DNA of 64,000 nucleotides from Bugula neritina (taxonomy: Eukaryota; Animalia; Bryozoa), in contig OZ037773.1 of the NCBI GenBank assembly GCA_964035545.1, positions 2,447,751 to 2,511,750 on the forward strand, in the 5' to 3' direction. Numbering within the stretch: the stretch's first letter is position 1; every line of letters starts with the position of its first letter. Below are positions 58,472-64,000 of this stretch, one piece after another. The position numbers and the translations under genes were made by a program. The notes beneath the pieces were generated by a model. It saw only the letters and a list, made by a program, of their open reading frames with translations. It was not told the origin of the DNA and made no database searches.

Positions 58472-61400
58472 GGTTGGGGTAATTGTAATTTGTAATTGTA
58501 ATTGGCTGTAATTAATTACATTTTTTCAAGTAATTGAATGTAATTTGTAATTGAGGTTTAAAAATGTAATTGTAATTGTAATTGTAATTAATTACATATC
58601 TAATGTAATTGTTTTTTACAATTACTTTATAATTACATGTCAATTACTTCAAACTTTTAAATCTTAAAAAACTCCTTCTTTTTCTACAATGCCTACTGTT
58701 AAATAACAAGTTCAGATAGTTAGGTCAATATAGTAGGGTCATTCCATGCCAGCTCACCGAATTGCCCGCGTCTATTTGCGTCTCAGATTCTGTTCATGTT
58801 TACACCAAATAGACCTACACATGCCTCAAGTATTCTTCTTCAGTATTTCTGACCTGACACAAATTTTTTTGAAAACTGACTACTTTTGTGGACAAAGGTT
58901 GAGAAACATTTTGAGGAAAATTTGTGATTTCTTCTTTTAGACTAATCTATAAATGTCTATATCTCAATCATTTTTCTAGACTGAGCCTAAAAAATTTGCT
59001 CTGTGATTTGATAATACCTATCAATTTGCACTAGTAGCAACACATATTACAGAATACTTTGTGTGCATATATGCAAAGTCATTGAATATGAACAAATCTT
59101 TGTAAATTTTGAAAAATTTCAAATACTCGCCTAATCAAATTTTAAATTACTTATAAATTGGTCTAAAAGTATAAATCACAAATTTTCCTCAAAATATTTT
59201 CCAACCTTTGTTCACCAAAGTAGTAATTTCTTAAAATGTTTTTGTGTCAGGCCAGAAATATTCACGAATGGTAATCTGAACATGTGTAGGTCCATTTAGT
59301 GTAAATATGAGCAAAATCTGAGACACAAAGACGTGGGACCCCTTGAAAGTTGGTTGATTTGGTATGGAATGACATAATAGTATCACCGTGGAAAACAAAA
59401 GAGGTTCACCACTGTCAACACTGCCCCTGGTAGTTGGACCCTAGAAGTGACTTCTATTTATTCTTTGTGAGAACAAAAGTAATTGTAATTGTAATTAATT
59501 ACATTGCCATGTAATTGTAATTGTAATTAATTACATTTATTTTTAACTGTAATTATAATTGTAATTGTAATTGACAAATCTTTATGTAATTGTAATTGTA
59601 ATTAATTACATTTACATGTAATTGACCCCAACCCTGATATATATATATATATATATATATAATTTGCACGTCTGCTGTAACTCAGCTGCTTAGTCTGAAA
59701 ATATCTATTATTCTACATCAACTAAGATTTATAACTTTTTGTGGACAGGTAATTGGTGCTGACAATGCGGCATCCCAAGTTGAGAAATTAGCCCAGGTAA
59801 TAGGAGAGTCTTACAAAGAGTTGGGGCGGAACAGTCACCAGCCCGTAGTTGTGGCGTATGGTCTGGACAAAGACAAGGAAAATGTCAACTTGGAGTCTGA
59901 GTTGATCAGAGAGAGTACAGGTGAGTAGAGTAGAGAGAGTACAGGTGAGTAGATCAGAGAGAATACACCTCCCAGCATTTCTGTATGTCTTAGGAGCTGT
60001 AAGTTTGTTCTAAAATATTTCATCATGAAATTTAATTTTTTAATCTGAATCTTTTTACTGCTTTGTTACAGTTTGCTATGAAATAAGATACTTCTTTCAA
60101 ACCCAGTATTTTATTTTTATTCCTTTTTGAATGTTTTTTATTTTTTATCTTCAATTCTTTTAAAATTTGAGTTTCATTGATTTTAACCAAAATAATGTTA
60201 TACATACTTTGGCTGAAAGTGTTTTTTGAACATGACATGGTGTCTTACAGCTCATTTATATATTTGGCACAAAAAGTTATTTTTCTTTTCTTTTTTCAAA
60301 TTGTTTTACATTTCATTGACTGTATAGAGCTGCTGCCTGCAATGAATTTCTTCATCTAAAAATGCTGATCAATTATAAGCCAACATGCAGCCTTGAAATT
60401 ATATTTATACAATATAGATATTTCAGTAGTATTAGAAATCTCGATCTCTTGTTTTCAAGTGGAAGAAAAGCTGTCTCGGTGGTTTATAAGTAACTTGTAA
60501 TGTCTTCAGAGAAGTTGAATGGTAAAGAGTTGTAGTAGAAACATTGCTTTTTTGAAGTTTTTTACTTAAATAATTGTTATATTTTGGCAAATTATTAATT
60601 CATTTTTGAATGCATGGAAAGTTTGATTTTTGGAGTTTAGTTAGATGCGAGAGTATGTTGAATTGTTAACATCAAATATCAACTTTCAGTCATCAAAAAT
60701 CATTTTGGCAGTAGATATCAACGTTTTGTCAAATTTAAGTTATCCGATATCAACTTTCAATCATGAAGTTTAGTGGTTGTTTTGTCAGCATTACATGAAT
60801 TGAATTATTCTGTTTGGTTTTATTCTGACAACTGATTGTAGATAAACTGGAGGAGCAGGTGAAGAGATTGAAGAGTCTGTCAGAGAGAGTTGAGCTGACA
60901 GCCCAACTGGTCAAGAATCAAACTCAATACGGCAGCAACTCTAACGAAGTCGTCAGCGCTATCCTCAAGTGAGTAGATCTTTATTTTCTTTGAATATGAA
61001 CATTGATTCTGTCAACATTTCAAATCTCCTTTTTGCATTTATTGCGTTCTAAACAGTTGTGAACGAAATAGAAAGAAATTATATACTATCGTATTTAGTC
61101 ATTGCTGTGTGTTCCCATGGTGTAAAGTAACACATGGACAATAATATCTGTTTTCTATACAAGTTTCTAAATGGTTGTACGAGTACTACGAGATCAGATC
61201 GGGACTGAATAATTTTGAACCTTTTTTCTATTAAGTATTTATATACCAATTATGATATTGGATCAGTTTTTTGGTTGTGTAACTGTTAGTGTTATATGCC
61301 ATAGTTATATGTTGAACTGATGCTATATTTGTAATATACTTACTATCAGAATTCTATTTTAGATATGCAGAAGCATTTCTCAAGAAAAACAAACCGGAAA

Positions 61401-63616
61401 TAGACATCAACATCTCGGATGATGTGCAGATTGAGGATGATAACAATAGCATACACATAAGAGGTGGGGGGGGATGTGTACACTCCTTTCTGGGGGTGTT
61501 TCCGCACAGATACAGAGAATCTGTTCTATTCACAAAAAACTTTTACATAATATTTGCTGTTATTACTTTTAGCACTATTTTCATCTATTTTAATGCATGT
61601 GTGTTGTTAGAAATGAGTTTTGATAATGTATTTTTTTATAAATATAATGTGTAGATGTTAAAATTTCAAGCTGCTAGCATTGTTACTGTAGTTACGGCGT
61701 CTCCAGAATTCAGATATTTGTTAAGTTAAATTATAAAGATATGCTTCCTGTAACGGTGTAATCTGTAGTCCACGGAGAAGGTTCTAGAAGTAGAATGAGC
61801 TGGCGTTCCTAATTAAACATGATTTGTTGACAGGAAAGGGAAGTGGGTGGAGCATGTGGACAGGGTGGAGTGGCTGCACTATGGAGTGTGGATTGCACAG
61901 TTACCGGTTCAGACATCGTCTCTGCCTTCATCCTGATCACTGCCCTGGGGAGGATAAGGAGAGGAAACAGTGTCTGGGTGAGATGTTTTCACTGTACGCA
62001 TTGTACTGTGTCTCAGTATCTTCACTGTACACACTATACTGTGTCTCAGTGTCTTCACTGTACACACTATACTGTGTCTCAGTGTTGTCACTGTACACAC
62101 TATACTGTGTCTCAGTGTTGTCACTGTACACACTATACTGTGTCTCAGTATCTTTACTGTACACACTATACTGTGTCTCAGTGTCTTCACTGTTCACACT
62201 ATACTGTGTCTCGGTGTCTTCACTGTACACACTATACTGTGTCTCAGTGTCCTCATTGTACACACTATACTCTGTCTCAGTGTTGTCACTCTACACACTA
62301 TACTGTAGGTTTACCAAGGTGCATACCACCTGGTGGGATTTGGTCGGGCTGGTCCACCTGGACTTCTTGTGGCGTGCCGTGTGGTAGTAATGGATTTCGG
62401 AAGCGCTACAGAAGCTGTGAGATGGACACAGGATGTGCTGGTAAAGGGGAGATGACTGAGAGCTGTAGGGGTGTTCCATGTGAGGGGGAGGATAGGGGGT
62501 ATGTCATATCCAGATATCTTGTAATATGAATATCTTTCACATTCATCCCATTGAAACTCAATAATGAAGTATTTTGTTGTGTTGCCCTTTGTTACATAAA
62601 TCACGTTGTATCAGCAATACTGAAGCTTTAACACCCTATGATTGTAGAAAGGAATATATTTTATAATTACTGTTTTTTTTAAGATGAAGATATGCCAAGA
62701 AAGGGCTGTAATACTATAATTATTGCGCTTAGTTATAAGTCATTTGTATAAATGAGTTATAATAGCAACAATAAACCTTTAACACCATTTGAATAAGTCA
62801 TTTAATTTAGAAACGAATGATTTACACAATCCATGTTTACTGTACCATGAAGCTATGCCAAGAAAGGGATGTAACACTTTCGTTTTGACAATTATCTACA
62901 ATTCCAGTTTACTTTTGAACTGAAAACCTTGACACCCCCCAATAAGTGAGAAGTTGATTGTTAGACTGTGGCCCATCTGTTCTAGCAAACCAGATGAGGT
63001 CGGGTGGACCAGTTGCTCAGTCACTTGTGGTGCGGGACTCCAGTTCTACCGCCCATCCGGCTCCAAATTATCCAGAAAGTGCAGGACTACACCCTGTGAT
63101 GGTATGAAGACCTCCTTTACTCTTCCAGTATCATATGCGTTCTTATTAATAATAACCATGTAGAAGCTTATGTACATATGCGTGCTTGAGCTTGCTAAAT
63201 AATATACAATGTACTACCATCACTAAGTAAATTCAATATATTGAAATGTTCTGTGTAATACGAGTATAACACTGCATGGGGTTCTGTATCTAGCAGTCAC
63301 TTTGCCTCAGTTCTACTGAAATTGTACTAGACTCTTCTCATAGCCTCAGTTCATTAAACGTAGCCTTTTTCCCTATATAGTTGTATTTTATTGTTTCAAA
63401 ATGTATTTATATTCCATTCTTATGTTTAGCTTCCTTTCCTAGGTTTAGCCTTCTGGCAGCAGTGGAAGTCGTGGGGCGCGTGTACCGTCACATGTGGGGC
63501 AGGTGTTAGACTTAGGTCCAGGACTTGTGTTTCCCCGCAACCTTCTTTGTCGTGTAAAGGTGATGGCATTCGGACAGAGGGCTGTACTATTCCTTGTAGA
63601 ATGTCTTTCTCAGAGG
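56716..63616 (+). CDS. Thrombospondin type-1 repeat (TSR)-containing protein, probably secreted; 5' start not located and 3' end beyond or near the window edge
   Basis: Phase-compatible exons at ~56716-56826, 57039-57455, 57851-57903, 58041-58093, 59749-59920, 60842-60968, 61363-61462, 61834-61977, 62309-62498, 62965-63101 and 63443-63616. Four TSR modules: WSMWTGWSGCTMECG..RFRHRLC, WSGWSTWTSCGVPCG...RKRYRSC, WTSCSVTCGAG and WQQWKSWGACTVTCGAGVRLRSRTC. Confidence 0.8.
58469..59636. mobile_element. hAT-like non-autonomous element inserted into a (TA)n microsatellite
   Basis: 12-bp TIRs CAGGGTTGGGGT / ACCCCAACCCTG, dense subterminal GTAATT/AATTAC arrays at both ends, and (TA)n on both flanks. 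Confidence 0.85.
58736..59374. mobile_element. Nested foldback MITE with ~195-bp imperfect TIRs
   Basis: GTCATTCCATGCCA...GTCTCAGATT...GACCTACACATG...CCTGACACAAA...CAAAGGTTG...TTTTGAGGAAAATTTGTGATTT (58738-58930) is mirrored as its reverse complement at 59173-59372. Confidence 0.85.
61990..62308. repeat. 33-bp minisatellite (ACTGTACACACTATACTGTGTCTCAGTGTCTTC) filling an intron of the TSR gene
   Basis: About 9.5 units between the donor at 61978 and the acceptor at 62307-62308. Confidence 0.95.
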
Positions 63617-64000
63617 GTATGTGTTTACTATGCTATAGCATACTGTATGTATTTGATATGCTATAGCATGCTCTATGCTATAGCATGCTCTATGCTATAG
63701 CATAGTAAATACATACAGTATGCTACTATAGCATACTGTATGCCTAGGGCCACACGGTGCGTATTTTCGCATGCGAAAATTGAAATCACAAGTAGCAAAG
63801 GTGTCCACTGTGCGCGTTGAGAAAACATTCGCACTTGTCGCTCTGCATTTTCAACGCAAGTGCGAATCGTCTCTGTCGTCGTCACCTAATTGGCTGGTAG
63901 TTATTCAGCGAGCCCAATTTCTTTATTTTAGTGTTACATTCCAGTAAATTGCGTTTTATTGAAAGCGAGTGCGATTTAAAAATGAATGCTTTATTTATCA

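Noticed and set aside
61843-62529. Cys/His-rich repeat protein (HCTHYTVSQC)n resembling a metal-binding domain
   Set aside because: It is the 33-bp intronic minisatellite. Flanking GT/AG sites join the two TSR exons in frame, and intron retention would frameshift.
63742-64000. Possible left end of a PIF/Harbinger-like MITE (GCCTAGGGCCACACGG...)
   Set aside because: The partner TIR would lie outside the window, so it cannot be verified.

Overview
AT-rich genomic DNA from an animal, probably an invertebrate (inferred from spliceosomal GT-AG introns and metazoan gene content); no prokaryotic features. Positions 1-8.2 kb hold a decayed, tandemly re-amplified Polinton/Maverick (adintovirus-like) endogenous viral element. 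It retains the protein-primed DNA polymerase C-terminus (4 copies), an intact pX-like 'QKGG' ORF, a neighbouring conserved Polinton ORF, the major capsid protein C-terminus and an adenain-type cysteine protease. One copy is interrupted by a 3.76-kb CAC...GTG DNA transposon with 20-bp perfect TIRs, and its empty site is visible in two sibling copies. At 9.65-10.25 kb is a Penelope-like GIY-YIG remnant carrying a complete type I hammerhead ribozyme, followed by a ~0.8-kb (TA)n array. Four host genes follow: ACP7-like purple acid phosphatase (+, 12 coding exons including a 7-nt micro-exon), UBXN1 (-), TRIP11/GMAP-210 (+, head-to-head with UBXN1, with internally duplicated coiled-coil exons) and a thrombospondin type-1 repeat gene (+, runs off the window). 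tRNA-derived SINEs, MITEs and mini/microsatellites are scattered through introns and intergenic DNA. All assignments are by manual motif recognition; no database searches were run.
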